Shown: positions 1 to 13,622 of the stretch, piece by piece
How positions within the stretch are numbered: position 1 is the first letter of the stretch
Layout of the letters: every line of letters begins with the position of its first letter
Origin: Octopus vulgaris
Taxonomy: Eukaryota
Direction: 5' to 3'
Assembly: GCA_951406725.2 (NCBI GenBank)
Contig: OX597822.1
Span: 100,874,001-100,938,000 of the forward strand
DNA length: 64,000 bases
Notes under the pieces: generated by a model
Told to the model about the DNA's origin: nothing
Seen by the model: the letters and a program-made list of their open reading frames with translations, nothing else
Database searches by the model: none
Made by a program: the position numbers and the translations under genes

Positions 1-274
1 CATATAACTGAAAGTAAAGGTTCAAGTTTAATTTTTGAGCGGTCAGTTAAGAAAATTTTTCATACAAGTTTATCAGTTTTGTTTCTTTTCATGTTCTCCA
101 AATGAAACACAACTTTTTAGCCGATTTTCTGTATTGTTTGCATTAAATAATTTTCTAAATTTTTTCTTTTGTAATTTTCTATTTGTTTCTATTGAATTAG
201 AATTTTGCAAGGATTTCACTTTTGCGATTTAACAGATTTTTGTTTTTGCTAATTTCTCTGTTTCTGTATTTTTT

Positions 275-460
275 TACTCTTTTACTTGTTTCAGTCATAT
301 GACTGTGTGGCCATGCTAAAGCACCGCCTTTAGTCGAGCAAATCAACCCCAGGACTTATTCTTTGTAAGCCAAGTACTTATTCTATTGGTCGCTTTTCCG
401 AAACACTAAGTTATGGGGACGTAAACACACCAGCATCGGTTCTCAAGCGATGCTGGGGGT

Positions 461-525
<65 letters not shown>

Positions 526-660
526 ACACACAGACACACACACACATATATATATATGTATATACGACGGGCTTCTTTCAGTTTCCGTCTACCAAATCCA
601 TTCACAAGGCTTTGGTCGGCCCGAGGCTATAGTAGAAGACCACAGCCACTCCTACACCTA
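275..660 (-). mobile_element. SINE family B copy (tRNA-derived) with internal (CA)n
   Basis: Reverse complement of the full copies at 26170-26560 and 46452-46872; part of the head is deleted. Confidence 0.85.
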
Positions 661-1267
661 TATTAAAGACACTTGAACAGAATTTTTTTTAGCTTGTATT
701 AAATAGTTTTGAAATGAATTTACTTTAGTTTTTCTCACAACCCATTAAAATAATTGCTTTTAATTTTTAACTTATGTCTCTACTTCTATATAATATATTG
801 TTCTGGGTGTGTAGACTTGTATAAGTTTATATATATAATAATAATAATGAAATTATTGTATACAGTGCTCAGGTGCACCACAACTTGTCAAAAGTGCGTA
901 TAAAGCATATGCAGTAATGTTCAAATGTCTGGGAAGTGAACAGTGTATGAGTCAGATATATGCTTGCGTGTGTATATACATAGATTTTAAAAGTGCCCCG
1001 TATATCTAATTTTCTAATCTGGCAACCACATACATACATACATACATACATACATACATACATACATACATACATACATACATACATACATACATACATA
1101 CATACATACGTCTCTGGAAATACCTTAACTTTACACCCTATCAGGTTCTATGTATGTATGTATGTATGTATGTATGTATGTATGTATGTATGTATGTATG
1201 TATGTATGTATGTATGTATGTATGTATGCATGTATGTTTGTATGTACGTGTGTGTGTGTGTGTGTGT

Positions 1268-1530
1268 GTGACGTAATCACGTAACCGACCAGGCTATCAA
1301 ATGTTGTTACACATCGCTGGTCCTAATGCGTTGTGCATGGTTTTTGCCTTCAAACAAAGCTGCCCCGCCGGCTATGCGAGCAGGCCAACATTACCCCACC
1401 AGGTGGAAAGGGGGACTGAAGCAACGTGACATGCATTGTTTTGCGCAAGAACACAACGCGCCGCCTAATCAGGGAATCGAACCACGATCTAGCGATCGTG
1501 AACGCAACAGCTTAATCACGAGGCTATGCA
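1268..1530 (-). mobile_element. SINE with D-like tRNA head and tail module E
   Basis: Head resembles family D (gggaatcgaacc is a reverse B box). The tail module is shared with 7516-7627 and 23644-23718. Confidence 0.6.
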
Positions 1531-1921
1531 TTTTTCCAAAATCTTTGATTATTTTTTTTCTTATATTTGAAAAAGATATTCTTTCCCGAAATATTGGCGC
1601 ATTAAACAACCTGTATATGGTAATATAGTGCTTTTAACCTCTTTTATTTAATTTATTGATCATCATCTGACATATTTTATTAAGCTTTTCACTTGCATTG
1701 CTGAAAGGTATTTTTCCCCAAAAGTTTATGAAATTTAGACATTGTAACCTGTTAAGCAAATTGCAATAGTCCTATGTTTTGTTTAATATGTTTACAATAA
1801 ACTCTATTATTTCAGCTAGATTGGATTGAATCAATGATCTAATTACTTAACGGTTTCTTATGTCGACACTGGATTGATTTGAAATCATTGCTAGCAAATG
1901 CTGCTAAATTCTATAAGGGAA

Positions 1922-2385
1922 TTGGTTGGTTGGCATCCTTTCTGTCTCGGGAGACAATGGAGTTGCGCATAAAGTAGTCTAGTCCGGCTTTTATATTTCA
2001 TGTCCTGATACATTTCCTGCTGTGGCTGTGTAGTCCTATCCTGGACAAACACTCCCTCTGGCAGGTACCGCAAATGTAGCGAAGACTGTTCCTGGCTGGT
2101 TGTAGTGCCATAGTTTCTTGTTGACGTCTTTTCTTGTCTTTCCATTTCTCCTCTTTCTCTCTCTGTCACTCCTTTGTATTCCCTCTTTTACGGTACGTCG
2201 CCATTCTCCACGGTTGCCGGCAACTGCCTCCCAACCGCTAATATTGATGTTGCAGGCCTTCATGTCCCTTTTGCAAACATCCTTGTAACGTAAGATCGGT
2301 CTACCCACAGATCTAGTACCCCTAGCAAGCTCTCCGTAGAGTATGTCCTTGGGGATTCTGCCATCTTTCATACGGCTAACATATG
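1922..2385 (-). mobile_element. RTE-clade LINE 3' fragment
   Basis: ORF 2036-2371 reads MKDGRIPKDILYGEL..GRP.LRYKDVCKRDMK. A frameshifted C-terminal C..C....SRIGLHSH..KC motif and a short-repeat 3' tail follow. Confidence 0.9.
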
Positions 2386-2669
2386 TAAGGGAATTACAGT
2401 CAGTATTTTAACGTTTCTGTCAAACAGGAGGTTATAATTAAAAAGAAAGAAAAAAATAATGATTTTTTCCCTTTGTCACACTCGGTCACATAGTAAAAAG
2501 TGCAAGTTCTAGCCAGACCCCACTTTTTGTAGAGGACAGGTGGTTGTGTGATATCAATTCTGGAGAGGCGAAAGGCTAAAACAATGGTGACCTTATAACA
2601 TTGAACTAAATGCCATATGGAATTTAGTGCAACGCATTACGAGATTTCTGTCACTTCATAACTGTTCTG

Positions 2670-2671
<2 letters not shown>

Positions 2672-2730
<59 letters not shown>

Positions 2731-2825
2731 GCACACACACACACACATTCACACACACACACATTCGCACACACACACGCGCACACACACACACACGCAC
2801 ACACACACATTCACACACACACACA

Positions 2826-2920
<95 letters not shown>

Positions 2921-2994
2921 ATTCACACACACACACACACACGCACACACACACGCACACACACACGCACACACACACACACACGCACACACAC
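2672..2994. repeat. long imperfect (CA)n microsatellite
   Basis: Directly visible; it explains the poly-HT/CV ORFs. Confidence 0.97.
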
Positions 2995-3003
2995 GTATGT
3001 ATA

Positions 3004-4058
3004 CCGCGGTTCAAATCATTAAGGACGTAAATTTTATATTTTATTTAAAAACAATTTGTTGGAATTCAACAAAATTTCCACAGAATGATGGCAAGAGTTA
3101 TATGGGCGTGGTGTTTAAAAACCGCGGCCATTTGCATGATTTTCACGAACTTTCATTCTTTCAAATTATTAACAAGTAGTCTGATAATTGTGTAATTATG
3201 TGCCGTAAATATGACTTAACTGCTTTAGAGAAATCTGTTATTACTTCTGAACTTGCAAAAGATAAATCAACATTAGAAATATTTAAAATAATTGGAAGAT
3301 ATCACCAAACTGTGAAACACATTATTACAGCTCCTACGAAGATACTTAAGAGAGTCGACGAGGGTCAATCGAGGGCTGTTTCTCAACGTTCTCTATTACG
3401 ATTTAAGCGTGAAGCTGTAAAGAACCCAGGTCTTACAAGTAGAGAACAATTCAAGCACGTTGGCGTAAAGACTGCGTCCAGAACCACACGATATCATCTT
3501 CTGAAAAATGTCTGTAAACCAGTGACATCAGTTAAGAGGACTTCTTTAAACAAGTTACATGTACAAAATCATCTGAAATGGGCAGAAGATAACATGAAGG
3601 TCGACTTTTCAAAAGTTTTGATTACGGACGAAACTCGTGCTGCCCTTGATGGATCTGATGGTCGAATCAAGGGATGGGTTGTAAATGGACGAGATCGCCA
3701 TCAACACTTGAGACGCCAACAAAGGGGAGGAGGCATCATGATTTGGGCAGATATTATTGGAGATATTTTGGTTGGTCCTTGGAGAGTGCCTGACAGAGTT
3801 AAAATGACTGCGGATGCTTATATAATCTTTCCGAGAGAGCACATTGAACCTTGGTTAAAAAAAGCAAAGGATCACCTTCAAGACAACCATGATATTCATG
3901 CAAGATATTGCGCCCTCGCATTCAGCGAAGAATTAGGCTTCTGTGGATCTCGGAAGATAAACTGGCCCGCCTGTTCCCCCGATTAAAATGCAATAGAAAA
4001 CTTGTGGAGTATCATAAAGCGACGAGTTTACGAGAATGCATGTCAATTTAGGAGCAAG
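3004..4058 (+). pseudogene. Tc1-like DNA transposon with decayed DDE transposase, 3' truncated
   Basis: ORF 3198-3986 has an HTH region and W.KVLITDETR, GGGIMIW motifs, with frameshifted IFMQDIAPSHSA and WPACSPD*NAIENLWSIIKRRVY. A probable left TIR follows TA at 3002-3003. Confidence 0.9.
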
Positions 4059-4059
4059 T

Positions 4060-5855
4060 TCTTTCATACATCTAAATGTAACTTCTGTAGTGACGCTATC
4101 CAACAGCGCGCGCGCGCAACGTCCTCAGGAAAGGCAGAGGGGAAGAGCCCTCTCGCGCATGCGCGAAGACCGGAAGAAGGGATTGCTGATGTGTCATTAG
4201 CTGATAGGCAGAGGAGAGGTACCTACAAGGCGTACAGGGATACGCATAGCAGTAAGCAACAAATACAGAAGGCTTTCAACCAGACATTGTTGCAGACCAT
4301 ATTATCTTCGCTCCCTACGGACGCCATAGAAGACCAGCCCAGTTTTGCTGTTGCACTTGTGAGATTCTTACAAGCGATAAAGTTTCAGCTGTGACACATC
4401 CATACCAAGTTGAACCAAATATACCACTTATTTCTTACTGTTATAAGAACAATAAAGAGTATATATTTTTACTGTCGCGTTTTGTGTTCTTTGACTGGTA
4501 GAATCTGGAAATTTAAGCAACGGAAATAGAGAAAGCACCAGTTGCACCCTAAAAGTGCAAATATACCAACTTATTCCCGTTACACTTCCAACCCCACGAA
4601 TGTCACCCACATACAAACCCCTTTGAGCATTAATACGTACCTCTATATATCTCTTCTATATCTCGTATTTCTACCTTATCTCTTCTATCTACCTTACCTC
4701 ATCACTTTATGAGATAAATAATTAATTCTTTAATTTATCCTTAATTATTTTTAAACCATAACCCAATAAATCCCATAATATCTAATTCTAACTCCCACTC
4801 AGAAATAATTTAACATTCAACTAGTTCCTCCATTCTCGACACACCCATAACCCCATTGTTAAAATAACTCTACAGCCACTGACCTTAACCAGAACGGACA
4901 CAAGCAATTGCTACTAGATTTCCTCCCCAACGCCTATAGACTTTAAGACTACCACAGAAAGACACCTACTACTCTCTTTAAATTCCTTTCATTTTGCTCT
5001 ATTTTTTTACCCTATCTTCCTCTACCTCCTCGGTTATCCTTTCTATCATAGGTACAAAGGAGGAAGGAGGCCATTCGATTAATTTATCGACCCACGGCGG
5101 AATTTGAACTCACAAAGGGGTACAGACAAACAAGTACAGACAAACAGATTAAGTCGATTAGATCGACCACAGTACGAAACTGGTACTTAATTTATCGCCC
5201 CCGAAAGGATGAAAGGCAAAGTCGACCTTGGCGGAATTTGAACTCAGAACGCAGCAGCGGGGGAAATACCACAAAGTATTTCGCCAGGCGTGCTAACGTT
5301 TCTGCCAGCTACACAATTCTTAGACAACATACGCCTATACACCTTATTTTATCCTAAGGCCAATCCTTAAATTCCACCCGCCTCACTCTATGTACCTCTC
5401 TTTCTATTTCTTTTCTTTTCTTTTCTTTTCCCACTTAATAACAAACCTCCGCTACCATTCCGTTATTGAACGTTGATATGTTTGCGTCTTTTTTTTTTCT
5501 CTGGATGTTTACTATATCAGGATTTTAATCCACAAGGATCTAGGCATGATTGCCCCTAAGGACTTATGCTCTTGTTTCTACAACACTGGAAAGTTGAACT
5601 ATGAACTTCTTTTTTCTTCTTTCACTCATCATCTCCTTATTCCTTTACTCCCTTCCTGTATGTTGTCATCTCATTAATATATACCATTCTCATTTTCCTT
5701 ATTTTTCCTTGTTTGTCTCTGATGACGGAATATCCCATAGTCGGGGATATCCCAGAAACAGCCGCAAGACTTTGAATTTTTTTCCAATAATAGTATTGCA
5801 TACGACTTGAAATGTTTGCCTTGCCTTAATATTTGTTGTCCTCTTTAACAATTAT
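4060..5855 (+). mobile_element. Penelope-like element remnant / pseudo-LTR with decayed hammerhead
   Basis: Strand-biased C/T/A-rich body with a hammerhead-like motif at 5715-5770. The 3' end (5813-5849) matches 57768-57808 in reverse. It truncates the Tc1 copy. Confidence 0.55.
5045..5312 (-). mobile_element. SINE family A copy
   Basis: Reverse complement of the family A consensus (gcctttcatcctttcgggg central block, gagttcaaattcc B box). Confidence 0.85.
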
Positions 5856-5857
5856 AT

Positions 5858-5889
<32 letters not shown>

Positions 5890-5891
<2 letters not shown>

Positions 5892-6050
5892 AACCACCGC
5901 TTGATCAACCGCAACTTTAGCGATTCGGCAAAAGACCGATAGAATAAGTCATAGGCTTAAAAAATAAGTCCTGGGGTCGATCTGTTCGACTAAAACCCTC
6001 CAGGGTAGTGCTCCCGCATGGCCGCAGTCAAATGACTGAAACAAGTAATT
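5890..6050 (+). mobile_element. SINE family B 3' half
   Basis: Contains gatagaataagt...catggccgcagtcaaatgactgaaacaagtaa. Confidence 0.8.
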
Positions 6051-6071
6051 ACAAGTAAATACAAGAATAAC

Positions 6072-6134
<63 letters not shown>

Positions 6135-6146
<12 letters not shown>

Positions 6147-6149
6147 CCG

Positions 6150-6194
<45 letters not shown>

Positions 6195-6680
6195 TTCTAG
6201 GATCTCGGGCATCCTCCATCCGATTGCGCTCAAATTTGATATGTAGATACCGACGGTATCACGGCGTGTATACATCTTGAAACAAATTACAAAAATCGAT
6301 TTCAGGTGAGAATGCGATCGATAAAATGAATAAAATCGTTTTTCTTTGGAATAGAAAAAAAGTCTATCTTTATTTCTTCTTTTGCTGGAGTCTCAAATTT
6401 AGGTTAAATCAGTGTTTCTCAAAGGGGAGGCCTATGGGACGGTCGGACAAGTTGTTTTGAGAAAATTATACATATATTGTTCATACTTTACCACTAAAAC
6501 ACCAGCTTGAACTGCAACTGAAAAATGTGGTACTGAAGTTACCTGTCAAAGGTGACTAGAAGTGATTCATCAACGAGCAGGATAATGAGCATTTAAATTA
6601 CATTATACAAATATTACTAGACACAACGAAATACAAATATCCTATTTCTTACAATATATAAAATGAGCGCAGAGTAGCTA
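6135..6680 (+). mobile_element. probable non-autonomous Helitron with 5' (GT)n
   Basis: tatataaa start, GT microsatellite, then ccgattgcgctcaaattt, similar in layout to the other Helitrons here; the 3' end is degenerate. Confidence 0.45.
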
Positions 6681-6706
6681 AAAATGCAGATTACCCATAG
6701 TGCACT

Positions 6707-6749
<43 letters not shown>

Positions 6750-6826
6750 TAGGATTAGCTCGTATACGAGTAGGTATATATTTGTAAAAAATGAAGTTCG
6801 AAAATTCTGCTGTATTATACAATTTT

Positions 6827-6887
<61 letters not shown>

Positions 6888-7007
6888 TACATATATATAT
6901 ATGTATTTATCTATACGTACATACATATATATTTATATGTTAATGTTGCAACGAAGGTTAGCCGGCCAAAACTTCGAAGTCCGTGTCTCCTCTTTTGTAA
7001 AAGTAAA

Positions 7008-7038
<31 letters not shown>

Positions 7039-7100
7039 TGTATGTATGTATGTATGTATGTATGTATGTATGTATGTATGTATGTATGTAGGTAGGTAGG

Positions 7101-7141
<41 letters not shown>

Positions 7142-7461
7142 TGACAGATAGTAAAGCACATTTGTATCAATGTCAAACATATGCATGCATTGCCGAAGGT
7201 CTACACAGAGTTGAAAAAGGACGAAATAAAAAATGTATATACACGTACAAGCACACATACATTATACATACATGTATCTGTCTGCCAATATATAAATACA
7301 GCTATAGATATACACACGTTTACACATAGGATATATATGCGCACACACACACACAAACACACATACATGTGCATGGATATAATTATGTATGTTTGCATGC
7401 ATATTTATACATACATACATACATACATACATACATACATACATACATACATACGTACATG

Positions 7462-7515
<54 letters not shown>

Positions 7516-7522
<7 letters not shown>

Positions 7523-7622
7523 ACCGACCAGACCATCAGATGTTGTTACACATCGCTGGTCACAATGCGTTCGCATTGTTTTAGCCTTCGAATGACGCCA
7601 CCCCGCTGGCTAAGCGAGCAGG

Positions 7623-7627
<5 letters not shown>
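7516..7627 (-). mobile_element. isolated retroposon tail module E between (TA)n tracts
   Basis: Close match to 1277-1390 and to the reverse complement of 23644-23718. Confidence 0.7.
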
Positions 7628-7675
<48 letters not shown>

Positions 7676-7713
7676 CAAAATGGAACAAGAACGCAAAACA
7701 TCCGGACAAAAAG

Positions 7714-7752
<39 letters not shown>

Positions 7753-8409
7753 CTTTGGTATATTATGTGTGTGTGTGTGTGTATATATATATTGGTATAT
7801 TATGTGTGTATATATGTAGGTGTATATGTGCATGTATATATTGAATAATACAAACTATGCTTTAATGAAAAGATTTCGACATGGCGTGTATACTTTTAAA
7901 AAAGTTTCCTTCTTTTTCGTGTTGATTTACACACTCACACACATGCACACACGCACACACACACGCACACGCACACACACACATACTCGCACACAATCAC
8001 AGACACACACGCACTTACGCGCGCTCCACCTCCGCCCATCCGTCGATATAGTACCCTACCTCGGTACACAATAATTTGCCTGTGAAAGCGTGTGAACGAC
8101 ATCGGAATGGATTTTGTGTGGACGTTATAATAGACGTGTACATAGATATTTGTATTTGTATATGTGTGTGTTGTGTGGTAGGGTGACCTTATTTAAAGAA
8201 TTGAATGTCACCTGCGCTGCCAAGTGTACTGTGATGAATGATTGAGCATTTACCGGGTAGGTAAAATAGTTCAGCGTTGACGTATTGCCGGCTGTCAGCT
8301 TTAGGTGCACAACTATGAAATATCACGGAAGGAGTAACTACCTCGTTGTGCGTTGTTGCTCTCGGCAGTATAGAGGAAAGGTTATACGTGCACGCACATT
8401 CAAACATAT

Positions 8410-8525
8410 AAGGCGCATGGCTCGGTGGTTAGCGCCCCGAGCTTAAAATCGTGAGATTGTGAGTTCGATTCCCCGACGTAAAATAAAGTGTCTTGAGTAA
8501 GACACTTTATTTTACGTTGCTCCAG
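8410..8525 (+). mobile_element. SINE family D head fragment
   Basis: A box tggctcggtgg, B box gagttcgattcc, then cttgagtaagacactttattttacgttgctccag. Confidence 0.7.
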
Positions 8526-8858
8526 TTCTCTAGGTTACATGATTTATTCTTTGTAAGCCTAGTACCTATTCTATCAGTGTCTTTTGAACTGCAGTTGAAA
8601 CATTCCTGTCACAACCTGGACCTTGAAGACTGCTTAAATGCAAGAAAGTATACTAGTCCCTTAATATTTTATATTCATTATTTCATCTCTTCAATAAGAC
8701 AATCAATACTTCATTTCATTTTACTATATATACTATTTATACTATATATTCTATATTCTACATTAATATTATAAAGAATATAAATAAAACATAAAAAACA
8801 GAGTTGGAATTTCTTTGAATAATATATATCCCTCTATACACAATCATACAAACCCCTT

Positions 8859-8933
<75 letters not shown>

Positions 8934-9080
8934 GTATATTTTTCATTTCATCTAGTTTCAGCTAGTATATATGCTGGGGCATATATACATATATACATAC
9001 GTATATACACACATATATACATACGTATATATGCATATATATACATACATACTTACATAAATATACATGCAAATATATGC

Positions 9081-9149
<69 letters not shown>

Positions 9150-9304
9150 GCACACATACATATATACACGTAAATATACTTACACAAATATATATATACA
9201 TAAAAATATATATATACTTATGTATACATATGTATACATACATATACATGCATACAGATACATATATACATAAAGATATCATAGTGAAACTAATAGAAAT
9301 GAAA

Positions 9305-9368
<64 letters not shown>

Positions 9369-9369
9369 T

Positions 9370-9659
9370 ATACATAGTGAAACCATTAATAGTTTCCCTT
9401 TTAAAACTGAAAGTATTATCTCACGTTACAATAGCGATGTTATTGTTTCACTTTTGACGCGTAATACTGAAATAGTGTAAGAAATAAGAGATTGGTCCGA
9501 GCTCGCAGTAGGCAACAAGTTGAAAATTGTTTTGGCTCATGACACTGCATGGACCCTAATTAAGGCATGTGTAAAATTTGAATGAAATCGGTTGGGTAGT
9601 TCTTGAGTTTTAGCGATGCGCAGAGACAAACACACCCACAAACAGATACACATACTCAG

Positions 9660-9665
<6 letters not shown>
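9370..9665 (-). mobile_element. probable Helitron 5' fragment
   Basis: aaatttgaatgaaatcggttgggtagt..acagatacac..ttatata has the same architecture as the 5' ends of the other Helitrons. Confidence 0.4.
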
Positions 9666-9713
<48 letters not shown>

Positions 9714-10081
9714 GAGGTCATACAAAATTTTAAACTTTCGACAGGACGTGAAATAAATATTTTGTTTGGAATAGTATATCTCGAAGCTCATTTATAAAGC
9801 TATAAACAATTTCATGCAAAGGCTGCTTTGGACCTTTTCTATCCCAAATGAATTTATAAGTCAATATTTACATGTGTGTGTGTAAATGTATGTATGCGCG
9901 TGTGCGTATGTTGTTTTTGGTTTGTGTGTGGTGTCTGTGTTTGAGAATATTACGTGCGTCATACTGGATAGAGATGCTATGTGGAATAGAGGTGACAAAC
10001 GTGGTAGGTGTTGGGAAGCGGACAATGAGTAGTGTAGGGGACTGTGATGGAAGTATGGATGCTTGTGTGTATGAAGCACGC

Positions 10082-10119
<38 letters not shown>

Positions 10120-10284
10120 ATTTGGTAGACGGAAACTGGAAGAAGCCCGTCGCATATGCATATATATATATATGTATACGTGAGTGTGTATATGTTTGTG
10201 TGTCTATGTTTGTCAACCGATGCTGGTGTGTTTACGTCCCCGTAACTTAGTGTGTGTGTGTTTGTGTGTAGGTGTATGTATATG

Positions 10285-10772
10285 TCTTTTGAACGTGTCG
10301 TAAGTCACGTAGGATGCGGTTACGTTTGAAGGAAGAGAGGAGTTGGCTGGGGACGATGCGAGAGGTAGAGGAATCGGATAGGAGTTGGCGAAAGCGCACA
10401 AAATAAGGCCTTGAATGGTAGGAATAGGGGAAGTGGAGGCGGGTAAAGGGTGAACGAAGGGCGGATAGATGCGTAGTCAACAGACGGAGCGCGGGCGAAG
10501 GCAGCTTGGATAACAGTGGCGGGGGTATCCTCGTTGGGTAAAGTGGTTTGTCATGAGTTGGAACTGTGTTTCGAAGTCACTGTCGTCACTAAAGAGCCGA
10601 CGGAAATGGAAGAACTAAGAGTAAGAGATAGACAGTGGGATGTGGGTAGGATGGGAGGAGAGGTTGTGGTAGGTGTAGGAGTCTGTAAGCTTCTAGTGGA
10701 TGGAAGCGGTAAAAGAGAAGTGGTTGATGGCATGAGAAATATCGAGGAAGTTAATGGAGGTGTTGGAGACAC
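10285..10772 (-). mobile_element. Penelope-like RT fragment, decayed
   Basis: Translates to SINFLDI..KLTDSYTY..SSHP..SISYS*F..FRRLFSDDSDFETQ...FTQRGYP, homologous to 41560-41960. Confidence 0.8.
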
Positions 10773-10789
10773 GGGGCTTCTTTCAGTTT

Positions 10790-11025
10790 CCTATTTCCTT
10801 ATTACCCACAAGGGGATAAACATAGAGGGGACAAACAAGGACAGACATAGGTATCAAGTCGATTATATCGACCCCCAGCGCGTAACTGGTACTTATTTAA
10901 TCGACCCCGAAAGGATGAAAGGCAAAGTCGACCTCGGTGGAATTTGAACTCAGAACGTAATGGCAGACGAAATACCGCTTAGCATTTCGCCCGACGTGCT
11001 AACGCTTCTGCCAGCTCGCCGCCTT
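10790..11025 (-). mobile_element. SINE family A inserted into a SINE B
   Basis: Full family A reverse complement, flanked by a repeated ggcttct(t)ttcagtttcc from SINE B. Confidence 0.88.
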
Positions 11026-11670
11026 AAGCTCGCGGCTTCTTTCAGTTTCCGTCTACCAAAACCACTCACAAGGCTTCAGCCGGCCCATAGCTATAGTAGA
11101 AGACACCTGTCCAAATTTCCACGTAGTTTTATTGAACCCGGAATCATGTAGTTTAGGAAGAAAATTATTTACTACAGAGCATGCCTGCGCTTCTCCCTTT
11201 AGTATTACGTTTTCTTACAGAACACACCACTGAATATTTTTTTCTTATGATTCTACTACTAACAACCACTCTGACAAATAATGGTTTTACTATCTTTCCT
11301 ATCCTGAATCTATCAAAGGCAGTTTGCAGGAAATACTGAAAATGGAATGTCAGCCACATCCCGGATTTGACTTCTTGACATACTTAATACATACGATCGC
11401 TGGAATGTTTGAATAACGTATCGCTGTTTCCTAAGAAGCCACGAAAGAGACTAGAAGAAGCTAAATGATAACCTTCTCGATCAAGTTATGCGTGTAGCAA
11501 AAACACAGCGATACGCCAACACAGAATATTTGAAAGACTTGAAAATGCTTATCATATATATATATATATACATGTATATGTGTGTATGTGTATATACACA
11601 TAGGTGTGTATTATGTATGTATGTATGTATGTATGTATGTATGTATGTATGTATGTATGTATATCATGTA

Positions 11671-12022
11671 TTCTTTTACTTGTTTCAGTCATTTGACTGT
11701 GACCATGTTGGAGTACCGTATTTAGTTGAAGAAATCGACCCCGGGACTTATTCTTTGTAAGCCTAATACTTATTCTATCGGTCTCTTTTGCCGAACCGCT
11801 AAGTTACGGGGACGTAAATACACCAGCATCGGTTGACAAACACAGACACACAAACATATACACACACACGTATACATATACATATATATATATATGCATA
11901 TACGACGGGCTTCTTCCAGTTTCCGTCTACCAAATCCACTCACAAGGCTTTGGTCGGCCCGAGGCTATAGTAGAAGACACTTGCCCAAGATGCCACGCAG
12001 TGGGACTGAACCCAGAACCATG
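11671..12022 (-). mobile_element. SINE family B body (head relocated to 12932-12957 by inversion)
   Basis: Matches the B consensus up to cccagaaccatg, then switches abruptly to LINE sequence. Confidence 0.88.
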
Positions 12023-12762
12023 AATAAGAGAGACGGTGACGCTCTTGTAATCCCAAGGTGCAACCGCATGTGTAGGCTATGTCATGTTTCTGTGGAACAC
12101 ACCACACATGTGATTAGCAGCTGTCCTAAAATGTCGTCACGGTACTACCTACCTCCCTATGCGGCACAATGTTGTTGCTAAAACAATTTACAATGCCATC
12201 CGAAAAAAAGATTGTCTTGAAATAATCTTAGAAATCCCTCTGTTATGGAATACATTCATAAACACCAACTCAAAGAATACTGATGGAATATTCCCATTAA
12301 AACTTCTGTCAAATATAAACAAAAACAAGCCGGATATTGTTGCTTGGGACAGAGAGAAAAAAGTATGTCCCATCATAGAGGCCAGCTGCTCTGAAGATAT
12401 AAATATCTCTTTGAAAATCAAAGTAAAAGAGGATATCTATGGAGAACTGCTTCGAAACATCCGGCTTGTATATCCAGACTATAAATTCATGTTAATACCA
12501 ATTATAATTGGAGCATTAGGTTTTGTTAGTAAATGCTTAAAGGAGAATCTGGATAAACTGGGATTTTCAGAAAGAGAAATCGACCGGCTAATTCGTATAT
12601 TAAAAGTGCAGTCTGTGAGTGGAAGAGTAAAAATATGCAAGACTTTTCTCAGGTTCCAAATGTGAATTTGTCTGTGTTAACTGCATCCCAAGGATGAAAC
12701 CTTGTATCTTTGTTGAAAACCGGCTCCGTCCTCAGTGGAAGACGTATAATTATTTAAAAAAT
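12021..12762 (+). mobile_element. R4/Dong-like (restriction-enzyme-like endonuclease) LINE 3' end
   Basis: CRLC..EHTTHVISSC zinc knuckle, RHN.VAK, KPDIVAWD..IIEASC, then IIIGALG. Confidence 0.85.
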
Positions 12763-12828
12763 AAGAAGAACATACTAACATTCATACATACACACATACG
12801 TATGTTTATGTACATACACATACACATG

Positions 12829-12888
<60 letters not shown>

Positions 12889-12953
12889 AATTTAAGTATA
12901 TATAAATTTATATATATATATACATACATATGCGCAGGAGTGGCTATGTCGTA

Positions 12954-13530
12954 AGTATTCCTTGAGTTGGTGTTTATGAATGTATTCCATAACAGAGGGA
13001 TTTCTAAGATTATTTCAAGACAATCTTTTTTTCGGATGGCATTGTAAATTGTTTTAGCAACAACATTGTGCCGCATAGGGAGGTAGGTAGTACCGTGACG
13101 ACATTTTAGGACAGCTGCTAATCACATGTGTGGTGTGTTCCACAGAAACATGACATAGCCTACACATGCGGTTGCACCTTGGGATTACAAGAGCGTCACC
13201 GTCTCTCGTAATTCACCTGGTACTTTGCGGCCATCTCCTGTTCCTGGATTGCAAACGCAGTGTCATACAATCCAAACAGGCATCGAATTGTCGCTTTCCA
13301 GTCAATAGCTCTAAAGAGAGAGACATTCCTAGGAAACCACTAGACACCTGAAGAGATTCGGTTGTCCCGCCCCTGTCAGAGCACAAATAGCTAGTAGTCT
13401 GAAAGCACATTGCATTGCTACTGTTTACATCTAGGGCCAACAAGATTGTTCGTATCGTGAAATCCAGTCCTTTCAAGAACTACACAGTAACTTCACCTCC
13501 GAAATTCGAGATAAGCAAATCGCGAATTCA
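12954..13530 (-). mobile_element. upstream part of the same R4/Dong-like LINE
   Basis: 12954-13215 is an inverted near-identical copy of 12021-12281; it continues upstream with FAIQEQEMAAKY. Confidence 0.85.
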
Positions 13531-13622
13531 TCGAAACACTCACAATGCCCAGTCTGGGAATCGAAACCGCGTTCTTACGACCGCTAGTCCGCTGCCCTAA
13601 CCACTGGGCCATTGCACCTCCA
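13530..13622 (-). mobile_element. SINE family C head fragment
   Basis: gggaatcgaaaccgcg..ccctaaccactgggccattgc. Confidence 0.85.

Noticed and set aside
3198-3986. Active or domesticated transposase
   Set aside because: Frameshifts around the second catalytic Asp, a stop before the Glu motif, and no right TIR.
6945-6985. Possible degenerate hammerhead caacgaagg..gccaaaac
   Set aside because: Several core positions are missing, so it is not supportable.
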